This document shows positions 1 through 17,890 of a stretch of 64,000 nucleotides of DNA, in pieces. Each line of letters begins with the position of its first letter. Position 1 is the first letter of the stretch. The notes below the pieces were generated by a model that saw only the letters and a list, made by a program, of their open reading frames with translations, made no database searches and was not told where the DNA came from. The translations under genes were made by a program, and so were the position numbers. This DNA comes from the human T2T-CHM13v2.0 reference genome, Homo sapiens, in NCBI RefSeq assembly GCF_009914755.1, contig NC_060947.1. One strand, written 5' to 3'.

Positions 1-135
1 AATTTTTGTATTGTTAGTAGAGACGGGGGGAGGAGGGGCGGTGTTTCACTATGTTGGCCAGGCTAGTCTCGAACTCCTGACCTCATGATCCGCCTGCCTT
101 AGCCTCCCAAAGTGCTGGGATTACAGCACCTGGCT
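1..135 (-). mobile_element. Alu, partial (left arm)
   Basis: gtctcgaactcctgacctc...cctcccaaagtgctgggattacag. Confidence 0.9.
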
Positions 136-159
136 GATATTTTTTCATTTTATTTTATT

Positions 160-530
160 TTATTATAATTTGGTGATTTTGTAGTTTTAATTGACAGTTT
201 ATAACTGTACATATTTACAGGGTACAATTTGATGTTTCTATATATATACTAATACTGATCAAATCAGGGTGTTTAGCATATCCATCACCTCATACAATCA
301 TTTCTCTGTGGCGAGAACATTCAAAAGCCTCTCTTCTAGCTATTTTGTAATATGCAATACCTTATTGTTAACCATTGTCACCCTACTATACAATAGAACA
401 CCGGAAAGTATTCCTACTAATTGTAACTTTATATCCATTGACCAATCTCTCCTTATCTTCCCTTCTCTTCCCTCCCCTTCTCAATCTCTGGTAACCATCA
501 TTCTACTTTATGCTTCTATGGTATCAGTTG
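160..530 (-). mobile_element. L1MA-type LINE 3' end, left fragment (split by the YWHAQ retrocopy)
   Basis: Typical antisense L1MA 3'UTR text (tgtacatatttacagggtacaat..., gagaacattcaaaa..., ggtaaccatcattctac). Confidence 0.75.
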
Positions 531-1830
531 TTTTTTTGGGAGGTGTAAGTGAATTTTTATTGGGAAGGGAGGTTGTCAACTTAAACAGCAACAAATAAAG
601 AGTGAATAAGGAAACTCCTTGTTGCCACAGATATACATGACCTCCTTATGTGACACAGGAGGCATTTCAATTTGTGACTCCCAGACAGAGATGGCAAGTG
701 CTTTTCCATTCAATCTAATATTTCTGGATTCCTACTAAAAAGGAATACATTAAGAGCATGGAAAAGTTGCTTATTGGAAGGAAACCCCCAAAGAGTAAGG
801 GAGGGAATGTAGAAATTAAGTTATGTAGAACACTCTTCAAACTGTAATTAACATTTTCATATCTTCACAGTAATACAGTCACTTGCAGGACTGGTTCAGA
901 TTACTTAAATACCAGATACATTTTTAGTCCTGAGTAAGTGTTTGGAAATTACTTATGTTTATATAAAATGAAGCTATTAATACTTTTCTACAGCAGTAAC
1001 TGCACACCAGGAAGGCCAAGACAAACAGATCAAGGGATGAAGTTTTCCCAAAGTTGCGTGTGAAAAGCCTATGAACAGTTGATTCCATAGACATGAATGG
1101 GTTTCTTTGCTATAGGAAATCCAAGTGGAATAAGGAATGGAGATGTGTAAAAAGGCTTCTTGAAGTAAAAAAGGATGACACACTGTATGGATTTAGATTT
1201 CAGCCCCTTCTGCAACATCACATTCTTCTCCTGCACTGTCTGATGTCCAAAGCGTTAGGTTGTCTCAAAGCAACTGTATGATAGTCCTTAATCAGCTGCA
1301 ACTTCTTGTCGGAGGTGTAGGTATTCTGCTCGATGCTCCAGATGACGCCCCAGGCGGACCTGCGGCCCCGACCACGTTCTTGTAGGCCACGGAAAGCAGG
1401 TTGCGCTCCTCCTTGGACAGCTCGGCGCCCTGCTTGGTCCTGGCCTTCATGCAGGTGGCCATGTCGTCGTAGCGCTCGGCCAACTTGGCCTTCTGGATCA
1501 GCTCCGTCTTCTCCATGGCGGGCGCGGGGCCCGGGCCTGGCCGGGGAGGGAGCCTCCAGAGCTGCGGAGGGGCGGGGCGGCGAGGCGATAACAAAAAGCA
1601 GGGAGGGAGCTCCGTCAGACAATGGGGCCGGCAGCCCGCTTTTATCTCTGGCACAAGGCGGCCGGTTGAATTTCCCTCTCCCCCGACTCCACCACCACTG
1701 GGCGCCCGGGGAGGCCGCTGCCCGGGCGGGAGGAGGCGGGGGCGGTGCAGAGGCCCAGCGCGCTGGGAGCCCGAGCTGCCGCCGCAACCACCACCCCCGC
1801 CCGGCCGGCCCAGGATAGAAGCGACCGTTT
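531..1830 (-). pseudogene. YWHAQP8: Processed pseudogene of YWHAQ (14-3-3 theta), internally deleted; CDS relic 1516->1193
   Basis: [46 protein letters not shown], then a frameshift, [11 protein letters not shown], then the C-terminal relic [24 protein letters not shown]; 3'UTR with AATAAA (561-556) and a short poly(A) (537-531). Parent gene is secure; the P8 number is from memory. Confidence 0.9.
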
Positions 1831-1834
1831 GACA

Positions 1835-2912
1835 TCAGTCTTTTAAAAAATGGATTCCACATATGAGGGAGATCAGGTGTTATTTGTCTTTCTGTGTCTG
1901 GCTTATTTCACTTAACATGATGTTCTCAAGGCTCATCCATGTTGTACATGACAGGATTTCATTCTTTTTTATAGCTGGATAGTATTCCATTGTGTGTGTG
2001 TATTATATATATACATACACCACATTTGTGTGTGTGTATATATTTATATTCACACATTGTATATATACACCACATTTTTTATCCATTGTTGGACATTAGA
2101 TTAACTCCATATCTTAGCTAATATAAATAAACATGGGAGTGCAGAGATCTCTGCAACATATTGTTTTTATCTCTTTTGAATAACACCTGGTAGTGGGACT
2201 TCTGGATCATATGGAAGTTCTATTTTTAATATTTTGAGGAACCTCTATACTATTTTCTATAATGGCTGTACTGATTTACAATCCCACCAACAGTATATAA
2301 GTGTTTTCCTTTCTCTACATTCTTGCCAACAACCATTTTGTTTTGTCTTTTGATAATAGCTATTCTAACTGGAGCGAAGTGGTATTTTGTTGGGGTTTTC
2401 ATTTGCATTTCCTTGATGATTAGTGATGTTGAGCATTTTTTCATACATAAGTTGGCCATTTGCATGTCTTCTTTTGAAAAATGCCTGTTAAGGTCTTTTG
2501 CCTATTTTTTAATTGGGTTGTTTGATTTTTTTTTGCTCTTGAGTTAAGTTTCTTAGTATTCTAGATATTAATCCCTTGTCAGATGTATAGCAAGGACTGC
2601 TGGCATCTGTGGTGGCAATGGGGACAGGTGGGAGCCTCTAGTTTACTTTTTCCCTGTAAGAAGTCGTCTCCCTGTATTTGATGTAATTCTGGTGGAGGAG
2701 ACAGTGTGTAGCAGAGGCAGAGCGCCTTGTTTCCCTCTCTGTGGTGCTGTTCTGTGCTTCCATGCTCCACAGGGATTTTGCTCTCCCCTGTTGCTTTCCA
2801 GTGTACTTTCTCAGTCACTCCTGTTGAAATATAGTTGTCCATTTGTTGTTTTGGTTCCTTTTGTGAGGGGAATGAGTGCCAGGTTGACTCTAGTTGGCTG
2901 TCTTGCTGATAT
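1835..2912 (-). mobile_element. L1MA-type LINE, right fragment: 3'UTR/ORF2 end (1835-2590) joined to an L1 5'-end-like segment (2591-2912)
   Basis: ORF 2250..2465 ([24 protein letters not shown]...) is a degenerate L1 ORF2 C-terminus; sequence resumes where the left fragment stops (gattccacatatgag). Confidence 0.75.
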
Positions 2913-3931
2913 CAGTCAGAATTTTTCCATTTTAGGTATGTTATCTAATTTATTGACATATAATTGTTCATATATTCCTAAGTAATCATTTTTATTTCTG
3001 TAAGGTTGGTAGTAATGTACCCTCTTTTATTCCTGAATTTAGTTATTTGTGTTTTTTGTCCTTCTTGTTTAGTCTAGCTAAATGTTTATCAATGTTGTTG
3101 ATGTTTTCAAAGAAACAGCCTTTGGTTTTATTGATTTTTCTCCATCATTTTTCATTCTCTATTCCATTTATTTCTGTTTTAATCTCTATATTTGCTTTCT
3201 CTTCTTGCTTTGGGTTTAATTTGCTTTTCTTGTTCTAGTATCTTAGGGTATAAGTTTATATTATTGATTTAAGATATTTCTTTTTTAATATAGGATTTTG
3301 TAGCTATACAAATTATGCATTGCAAAAGTTTTATTATGTTATGTTTTGGTTTTGATGTAACTCATAACATTTTCTTATTTGTTGTAATTTTTATTTGATT
3401 CATTGATTATTTAGGAGTGTGTTGTTTAATTTCCACGTATTTGTTACTTTCCCAAATTTTCTTCTTTTATATCTAATTTCATTCCATTCTTGTCCAAAAA
3501 CATACTTTGTATGACTTCAATCCTTTAAAATTTATTGCAGCTTGTTTTATGTCACAATATATTGTCTATTCTGAAGAACGTTTTATGTGCACTTGAGAAG
3601 AATTTGTATTTTGCTGTTGGATAGAGTATTCTATAAATATTTGTTATTTCTGTCTGGTTTATTTTGTTGTTCAAGTCCAACATTATTTGAAGTGGGGTAT
3701 TGAGGTATCCAACTCTTGTGATTGAATCATATAATCCTCTCTTCCATTTTGTCAGGATTTTTTCCTGTATTTTGGAGCTCTATTGTTAGATGCATATATA
3801 TTTGTAAATGTTACATCTTCTTGATAGATTCACCCATACACACACTCCTTTTTTTGTCTCTAGTAACAACTTTTATCATAAAGTTCGTTTTCTCTGATAT
3901 TAGTATAGCCACTCCAACTCTCTTTTGGTTA

Positions 3932-4276
<345 letters not shown>

Positions 4277-4358
4277 CTACCTATTTGTATCTTCGGATCT
4301 AAAGTTTTTTTGTTATAGACAGCATATAGTTGGATAATGCTTTAAAAATCTCATATAG

Positions 4359-4787
<429 letters not shown>

Positions 4788-5010
4788 TTACAATTAGCAT
4801 TTTTAACTTATAACAATCTAATTTGGACGAACAGTAACTTGATTTCAATAGTATATGAAGATTTTGTTCTTTAGTAGCTCCATCCTAACCCTCCTTTGTG
4901 CTGTTGTTACCACAAATTATATGTGTATACATTGGGTGCCTTTTAACACAGATTTATAAATCTCGTTTTATGCAGTTGCCTTTTAAATAAGGAGAGAAAA
5001 AGTGTTATAA

Positions 5011-5337
<327 letters not shown>

Positions 5338-6885
5338 ATACTTTTTTATTTATTTGTATCACTCATCATTTTTTGTTGAAAACTAGACTTTTGAATAATC
5401 TGATGTGGCAACTTTGGAAATCAGATGCTCTCTCTTTACCAAGGTTTATTGTTGTTTTGACTTGTTTTTACTAATGTGGGTGGGTGGTTGTTTTAGTGAC
5501 TTCTCTGAACTAGTCTGTATTCTTTGTCATATGTGACCACTGAATTCTCTACTCAGCTATTTTAGAGATTAGTTCATGATTGGACAGAGCTTCTTAAATG
5601 CCCAGAACCAGCAAATCTCCTAGTCTTTGTCAAAGAACTCCGTGTGCATGTTGGGGTGTACTTTCAACAATCACCCAGGCCATTAACAACTCTGCCTTAG
5701 TGTTCACTTCCTGATTGTGCAAAGGCTCAAGGTCAGCCAAACATGACAGTGTGGGGCCTTCTTGAGTCTTTCCAGAGCATGTTTACAGTCCTATGCATGC
5801 TTATGCCCTTCTAGATCTTCTGAAAAATGTAGGAGGTTTTCAAAGTGCTTATAGATATATTCTTCCCCAATTTTTCTGTTTAAGATTTTTTATTAGTCTA
5901 TTGTGTACCTTAACTGTTATTCACAGCCTTAGGCAGCTGCAAAGCTAAATCACTTGCCTGTATTTGTTTTTGGCAAATACTCCCCCTGGAGAAGGCTTTT
6001 TGCACTGTGTTATCTCTGAGCAAGTGGTATTTTCCAGGGAACCACCAGACATATATAACAATGACAGTTGTTTAGGAATGAGGCTTTGAATAAGCTCCCA
6101 CCTCTTTCTGCTCCCTCACGTGTCAGGCGGCTGGTTTTCTTCATAAATGTGGACTGTAATTTTTTAAGGCTACTGCAGAGCTAGAGAGTGGGAGATGGAA
6201 CTAGGACAAATTAAAATGACGTGAAGCTCACTTTTCTTACAGAGATTCAGGTGTTTTTCTTTAAAATACATTCCCCAGGTTGCTGCAAGCCTTTGGTTAA
6301 TTTCCAGAGTTCTGAAAATGTTGATTCTGACTAGTTTTGGCTTCAAAAAAATTTTACGGAGGACTGAATTTGGGGGGCCGTTACTCTTCCATTTTCGCTA
6401 ATATTGTCTCAATAATTCTTTTAAAAAGCTTGTTAATATAATTATATCTAAAAACATTAACAATACTGCCTTAATATATGTCTATTTTATGTTTCCCTGA
6501 TTGTCTCAAAGTATTTTTATAACCATTTGTTTGATTCAGGTATTTTAAATGGTCCCCAGGTTACATTTGGTTGATATGTCTTTAATGCCTCATTTAATCT
6601 ATAGGTTCTCCTTGTTCCTTTTTATTTTTGCAATTTTTTTGTTGAAGAAACTGGGTGTCTTCCTAAGTTTCCCACATTCTAGAGTTTGCTCATTCTATTC
6701 TCATGATATTGTTTAACATGCTCCTTTGTCCCTTTTTTCCCTACAGGTTTAATTAGAGTAGATCTTATCTTTTGATAAGAATATTTCATATATACTATTG
6801 TCTGTCATTCTCCTTATATTTTAAAGCTACATTTGGGTGCCCATATCAGGGCCCTACAACAAGTGGATTAGAATATAGAGGCTTA

Positions 6886-7221
<336 letters not shown>

Positions 7222-7482
7222 CTATAATCTCTTCCTTCTGTGCACTCCCTTCTTCCCAAACAGATATACACTTATTCTCTCAGTAATGAAATACTTATTT
7301 CTAGGAATTGAAAAGTAACCTTTTTTTCCATTAAAATACTGGTTCTGTCAGTCTTAGATTACCACGACCATTATTAAAATCTTTATACTGCATTTTTTAC
7401 TATTTAGTATTTTTAGATTTTTAAACCCCAAACCTAAACCTTTGTCAGCCTAATTGTACTGGAATTTTAAAAATAGTATCAA

Positions 7483-7770
7483 GCTGGGTGCACTGGCTCT
7501 TGCCTGTAATCCCAACACTTTGTGGGGCTGAGGTGAGAGGATCACTTGAGCCCAGGAGTTCAAAACTAGCCTAGGCAACGTAGCGAAACCCCATCTGTAC
7601 AAAAAATTAAAAAATTACCAGGGTATGGTGGCACACACCTATAGTCCCAGCTACTCAGAAGGCTGACGAGGGAGGATTGCTTGAGCCTGGGAAGTTGAGG
7701 CTACAGTGAGCCATGACCATGCCACTGCACTCCAGCCTGGGTGACAGAGTGAGACCCTGTCTAAAAAAAA
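7483..7770 (+). mobile_element. Alu (AluJ-like)
   Basis: gaggatcacttgagcccaggagttc diagnostic; diverged. Confidence 0.92.
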
Positions 7771-7932
7771 ATATTGTCATGCATTATATCCAGTTCACAT
7801 TCTAAGATATTGTGTGGATGCCTTTCATCCAGATTCTTCAGTGTGGCAGGCATTATTATAATAGTCTCATTTTACAGTTGAAGAAACTATAAGCTCTGAA
7901 AGATTGAATAATTCACACAAAGTCATTCATAA

Positions 7933-8656
<724 letters not shown>

Positions 8657-10161
8657 TAAGAAAAATATCTCCTTTTTAAGATTATTAGTATCATAAGATC
8701 TAATACCTTGAAGCAGATAATATAGATACTGCAAGTATGGGCTATAATATAATAAATCACACTAGGGTGAGGAAAATTGAAAGGTTGTTCTCCACTTAAT
8801 GCTTTAACATTACCAAATTAATGTTGTCTTCAATTACCACTTTCCCACACTAAAAATTAAAACTAATCACTATGTATAATTTAAACGTTTTGAATTATTG
8901 CCCTGAGCTTAATCTTAGTTTAAAACAATTGAAACACACCAGAACTTTCTTCAAAGAAAAATGTATTTGAAAACTCCTGGTAAAAATACTGATTCCTCTT
9001 TTAATGATAAAAGATAAAACACACTCTTATTGGAGCAGAGAATAATGACCACTTTTGTTTTATAAAACATGTGTTTCCCTCACCCCTAATTGAGTACACA
9101 TGCTCCAGGAAAAAAATCAGGGCCAAATACTGCTAATAATGAAAGGGAAGAATATTAGGATCATAATTTAATTAGCTCTAAGGATCTCTTTGCTCATCGC
9201 GAAATAAAAGGATCAATGATCCCTTTGAGCACTTGAAAGCTTTTCCTGTCAATTAGCCATTGTGACTAGATTGGCTATTTAAAGGCATGCTTTTCAAACT
9301 GGGTATGAGTACTCCCAGGGAAATTAAAAACTGTATAAATATACACACAATCACAGAGTGAGGAATGGCATTTTTTACTCAGATTATTTGCCAAAAACAA
9401 AGTATCCTGAATTGGGTCAGAGCAAATCTTCTGAAGAATATATGATGTCTGTATGGCATAAACTAATATCTGGGAGTAGGAAGAAAATTCTCTCTTCTGC
9501 TTTATTATACTTGGATACCACATCCAAAGCAAAAAATCTAAGCAAAAGAAAAGCAAAATAATCTGTTTAGAGGAAGATTTAATCAATTTGAGAGAGAAGC
9601 AATTATTTTACTTATCTAATTTGAATGCTGGGATAACATACTTTTTTCTTGAAGTGTTCAGTGGGACCATTAACCATTTTTTTTTCTTTTTTAAATTGAT
9701 ATTGTCTTTTTAAATATTTTTCTTCTTTTCTTTCTTTCTTTCTTTTTTTTTTTTTTTTTTTTGAGATAAAGTCTTGTTATATTGTCCAGGCTGCTCTTGC
9801 ACTCTTGGGCTTAAGCAATCTTTCTGCCTCAGCCTCCCAAGTAACTGGGACTACAGGCATGTGCCACTGTGCTTAGCTAATAATTGTTTTTTTCTTTTCT
9901 ACAGTAAAAGTTCACAGATCTCAAGCGTAGCTCACTTAATTCTCTCTCTCTGTGTCTCCCTCACACACACATCTCTTTCTCTCTCACACACATACACACA
10001 CACAATCATTTAACTACCTACCACCCAGATCAAGATGTAGAACCATTTCCAGTACCTCAGAAGACTTCTTCATGCCCCTTCCCACTTGATACTCTTGAAG
10101 GTAACCACCGTTTTAACTTGTATCACCACAGGTGTATTGCCTGTTTTAAAACTTCATTTAA

Positions 10162-10547
<386 letters not shown>

Positions 10548-11116
10548 TGAGATTTATCCATGTCATTGCACATTCTAGTAGTTTCTTCTTCTTTTTAGCT
10601 GCTATGTACTAATTCCATTGTGTCAATTTACCACAATTGGTTTATTCATTCTAGAGTATAAATGCATTTGAGTTTCCAGTTTTTGAATTATGAACAAAAT
10701 GGATATGAACAGTCTTGTACATATCTTTCATAGAATATAAGCACTCATTTTGGTTGAGTTCATATGCAGGAGCGGAATTTCTTCGTCATAGAATGAAATG
10801 TATGTTTGGCTTTTGTAATAACTGCCAAAGTGATTATGTGTTTATTTACATCACCACCAGCAATGTATGACAGTCTCAATAGCTCTATATCTTCATTGGC
10901 ACTTGATTTTGTCCATCTAATTTAACCATTATGTTGGATGTATGGTAGTATCACAATGTCATTTTAGTTTGCATTTTCCTGATGATTAATGATGGTGAGC
11001 ATCTCTTCATAGGTTTATTGACCATATGGATATCTTCTTTCGTAAAATGCCTGTTCAGGTATTTTACCTATTTTATTACTGAGTTTTTGTCTTTCTATTG
11101 TTTTGTAAGATTTCTA

Positions 11117-11434
11117 TATTTTTATTTTTTATTTTTTTAGAGACGAAGTATCACTCTATTGCCCAAGTTGGAGTGTAATGGTGCAAACCTAGTTCACTGC
11201 AGCCTGAAACTCCTGAGCTCAAGTGATCTTCCTGCCTCAGCCTCTTGAATAGCTGGGGCTACAGGCGTGTGCCACCACACTTGGCTTTTTTATTTTTTTT
11301 TTTACTATTTTTTTGTAGAGATGGGGTCTTGCTATGTTTCCCAGGTTGGTCTTGAACTCCCGGCCTCAAGCGATCCTTCCGTCTCAGCTTCCCAAAGTGC
11401 TGGGGCTACAGGTATGAGCCACCACACCTGGCCC
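11117..11434 (-). mobile_element. Alu (AluJ-like) inside an old L1 fragment
   Basis: Antisense Alu consensus; flanks are L1-like. Confidence 0.9.
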
Positions 11435-11664
11435 AGTTCTTTACATATTCTAACTGCAAGTCCTTAGTCGTATGTATTTCAGAAATCTCCCAGTCTATGG
11501 CTTGAATTTTCGTATTCTTAATGATATCATTTGACCAGAAGTTCTTAATTTTAATTAAGTCCAATTTATCATTTCTTATTAGTTAGTACTTTTGATGCCC
11601 TACTTTAAAAATCCTTGCCTATCCCTAAGATCAAGAAGATACTCTTCTATGTGTTTTGCTAGAA

Positions 11665-11868
11665 CAGGAGTTGACAAACTACATCCCAAAGGTCAAATGT
11701 GGCCCAGATAATGTTTTACTGAATCATAGCTACATCCATTCATTTATGTATCGTCTATGGTTGCTTTCACACTTCAGCATCAAAGTCAGTGTGACAAAGA
11801 CCATACGAGCCACAAAGCCTAAAATATTTACTATCTGGCCTTTTACAGAAAATGTTTGCCAACCTCTG
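11665..11868. mobile_element. MER58-like hAT DNA transposon relic
   Basis: Imperfect TIRs caggagttgacaaac / gtttgccaacctctg; internal aagcctaaaatatttactatctggcc...tttacagaaaa as recalled for MER58. Confidence 0.75.
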
Positions 11869-12166
11869 TTGTTCTAGATCATTTAGATCTATTACCCATC
11901 TCAAATTAATTTTTGTGTGTGGTTTGAGATAGTTCATTTTTTTCTATATAGATATCCAGTTAACCCATCACTATTAAAAAAAAAAAAACTCTAACCCTTT
12001 CCCACTGAATTGTAATGGTGCCTTCACCATACATCTGATGACTGGATATGGGTGGTTCTCTTTCTATATTCTATATAGTGCTCCATTGGTCTATTTGACT
12101 ATCATTGCATAAATACCATATGGTCTTAATCACTGTAGCATTATAACAAGTCTTGATACCTAATAG

Positions 12167-12496
<330 letters not shown>

Positions 12497-14953
12497 TGTT
12501 GTTGTTTTAAGATTGGTTTTTCTAGGACCTTTGTGTTTCCCTATAAATTTAAATTTTATTGATATTATTTTTAATTGACAAATCATAAGATATACATTTA
12601 TGGGGTATAATGTGTTGTTTTGGTATATGTATGCAATGTGGAATGATTAAATCAGGCCAATCATCTTGTTGATTTCCAGAAAAAAGAGCGTGCTGGTATT
12701 ACTTTTGAGATTGTGTTTAACCTATATATCAATTTGGGTAAAATTAACATTAAAATAATGAGTTTTCTAACCAATAAGCATAATATATTAATCTATTTAT
12801 TTAGATTTTTTAAAATTAAAGCAATATTTTGTAATTTTCTATCTTATGCAGCTATTTAATAATATTTAAAAATTTTTACTGTCTTTTCATTTTCTCCAAC
12901 CTTGAAAAAAAACCCCATCCTACCACATCTACTTTGTTTTTCTGTTAGACATGAATTTTTCTTAAATATTGTGTCCTTTTTTAAGTCTTCATTCCCCCCA
13001 GCTCATAAGCACAATGAAGCATCATATTATGGCTGATAGTAAATGGAAAGAGGGATAATTAAAATCAGTGTACTCATATTATTACAAATTCACCACCAAA
13101 TCTTAAGATGAATTTGAAAGCTCTAGGAGAGCTTTTTTTATCCTACCATTCACTATTAACACTAGGTTCCATACCTTTTTCTTCAGTACACTTAGATTAG
13201 GGGAAGAAATGTTAGCAAAACCCACTTTGGTTATCAGCCATTTCTGCAATTACCACTAAAGCAACCCATTTAGTGCTTTGATGGGCCTATAAAAGGAAAA
13301 CCTCTTCCAGTGTATTTAAAGAGGTAGTAGACTAGAAGAGGCTATTTTCTTAGCAAAATTTTGACCCGAGGCTCTCAGTCTAATGGTATACCCTTTAGCG
13401 TTTATTCATTATGCACAAAATTAACTCCCTCTCTAGAGGTGGATTCTCCTTATGTCTTTTTCTGTTCAAGAATTTCATTAGGAAATTTTGAGGAACTTCA
13501 TTTCTGAAAAATCATTCAGCCTAAACCCTGGTTTCGAACTTTAGGCTGATTCTTCTGAGTTCTTTGAAACTTTGTTTTTTTCTTTAAGTTCATCTTCTAG
13601 TTTAATGCACCTAAGAGTTTCTGAAGTGTTTATATTTACTTTATCTGGTTTGAACTTTATAACTCCCTAAGGCAAAAAGCATGCATATGCGCAACATGCG
13701 TGTGCACACACACACACACAAGCTCTAAGAAATTTCTGCTCTCTTTTTTCTCAGACTTTATATATTCAAGGTCACCTTTTTGTTAGAAAGATTCCCAACA
13801 TGATCTGGTATAGGGAATGATTTTTAAGATTAGTGTGAAACTCAAATGGCATCCTGATTTTTCAATTCAGAGGTCTCCACATTTTTAGTTCTCTTGACAC
13901 TAGTCAGTATCTACTACAGTTCCTAGCCTACCGATTTGCCTCTGCTTGCTCCAGCTGAAAAGTTTCTCTCAAAGGAAAGCATGCAGAGAATGCTAAGGAT
14001 TATTTCTAGAATCGTTTTATTGTGTTTGGAAGCCTTGGCTCAGGCTGCTAGTCATGCAGATCATTTTAGTTTATCTATATTTAGTGCTGCTACAGCATGC
14101 CTATCTGACCAGATTATCTCCAACTTTATGGGATGGTAAGGACAAGAATATAGTAAACAAGATGGCCAAAATATACTTATTTATGCTATCTCCCTATTGG
14201 TTCTGATTCTGCCCTCTGAAAGTGCAGAGAATAGTTTCAATTCCTCTTCTACATAATAGCTCTTTAAAAATTTTAAAATAGCTGTGACTTTTTTTCCTCT
14301 TTGCCCCAAGCCTTCTCTTTTTCTAGTGTAAGCAACTAGATCTTTACTATCTTGGTCATCCTCAACAAGTCATCTAATTAATTGGTATTGTGCCTGATGT
14401 TATCTACTTTTAAAATATAGACTCAGATCAGACCTTGTTGAGCAGCCATGTTTGTTCATACAATGGAATATTATACAGCAATAAAATGGATGAATAATTT
14501 CTTGCATAGGAATGGGTGAATCTCAGCGATATAATGTTGAGTGAAAGAAACCAGACACAGAAGAATATATCTTGATTGCGTATATGTGAAAGTTCAAAAA
14601 ACAGCAAAACTAAGTCAGGGCATATGGGTTCATGCCTGGGCAACAAAGCAAGACCCTGTCTCAAATTAAAAAAAAAAAATAAGCCACTAATGTTCAGGGA
14701 TGCATGTTTAGGTGGAAAAGCTATATATATAAAAAAAAGGGCATGATTCTCCTAAAAGGCATGTTAATGATTACTTAAGTGGAAGAGAAAGGCCTTAGTG
14801 GTTGGCAGGGGGATTCTGGGCTGCTGGAGATGTTCTTTTTCATGACCTGGGTGCTGGTTACATGGCTGTTTGATTCCTGGTAAACCATTGAGTTATATAT
14901 TTGTGTGCTCACTTTTCAGTATGTGTTATTCTTTACAATATAAAAGGTTAAAA

Positions 14954-16055
<1,102 letters not shown>

Positions 16056-16821
16056 TTAAAATAATTGGTTACATATTGGGTACAATGTATACTGCTTGGG
16101 TGACGGGTGCACTGAAATCCCAGAATTCACCATTAAATAACTCATCCATGTAACCAAAAACTATTGAAATAAAATTAGTTACAGAGATTTCGGATACATG
16201 GCATAGTAAAAGGGAGTGGGACAAAAGGAAGAAGAGTGATACCCAAAAATCAGAAACTAATAGTCCTGAGGTAGAGCCCACAAGCTTGTAACTTTTGTTG
16301 CACTGTTAGAGACATTATCACAATCAGTCTAGATCTACCCAAGTATTACCACCTTGATTAGGGCTGAAAATACTATTGCTATCACTACAACTCCTGCCAG
16401 CAACTGACACCCATTAGAGCCAAAAGCACTAAAAAGTTATAATTGGTAAGCATCTCTAAAATTGATAATAATGGTCACTACCTCTTTGTGTTGTTGAAAT
16501 TAAATGTGTTAATGTATGTGAAGTGTTTAGAATGGATGCTGACCCATAGAAGACAAAATAAATGTTAGTTACTGTTATTGTTACACGGCTAATCTTTTAA
16601 AAAGTATTTATTGAATACTTATTATTTGCCAGAAACTGCGCTAGATGCCTAGGGTTGTCATGAGAATGAATTCAGAGAATGCATGTAGAGCAATCAGCAC
16701 AGTACCCCCGTATGGAAATAAGCAGAAGCCAAGAGATATATTGAGTAGAGAATGCACCCTGCTGGTTGGTAGGGGTAAGGAAGGGGAAAAGATCATTTTT
16801 TTAAAAAGTCAGACATGAGTC

Positions 16822-17414
<593 letters not shown>

Positions 17415-17735
17415 CCTCCCATTGCATTTCTAATGTCATAAGTAAATCAAGAATGGAGGAGGAAGAATATGATATCCTCAGGGAAAGATATTTTAGCTAG
17501 TGATACTGTTGTAAACCCTGGCAAGAAACCCCTCACTAGCCTCACAGAGCAAAGCTTACATCAGAGAAAAATCCATCGCCAACAATCTGTCACGTGGTAC
17601 CTCTTCTTAGTTCTATTTTCTCATTATGTCTTAATAGATCTTATCTCTAAAAAAATACTAATTCCAATACAAATGTTAGGATCAGTCCTAACACTTGAAT
17701 ATTCATTCAGCAACTATTTATTGATCTTATACTAT

Positions 17736-17890
17736 GTGTATTAGTGTGCTCAGGCTGCCATAACAAAATACCACAGACTGGGTGGCTTAAACAACAAAAT
17801 TTATTTCCACACAGTTCTGGAGGCTGGAAAGTCCAAAATCAGGGTGCTGGCCAATTTTGTTCCTAGTGAAGTCTATTTTCCTGGCTTTTC
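17736..17890. mobile_element. MaLR (MLT1/MST-type) LTR fragment
   Basis: tgtattag...ggctgccataacaaaataccacagactgggtggcttaaacaac. Confidence 0.75.

Noticed and set aside
1218-1862. Long GC-rich ORFs (214, 161 and 115 aa) on both strands
   Set aside because: Stop-poor frames of the YWHAQ pseudogene; the real frame is broken by a frameshift, a deletion and a stop
13516-13549. 10-bp hairpin TCAGCCTAAA-N14-TTTAGGCTGA
   Set aside because: About one such stem is expected by chance in 64 kb; no RNA-gene motifs
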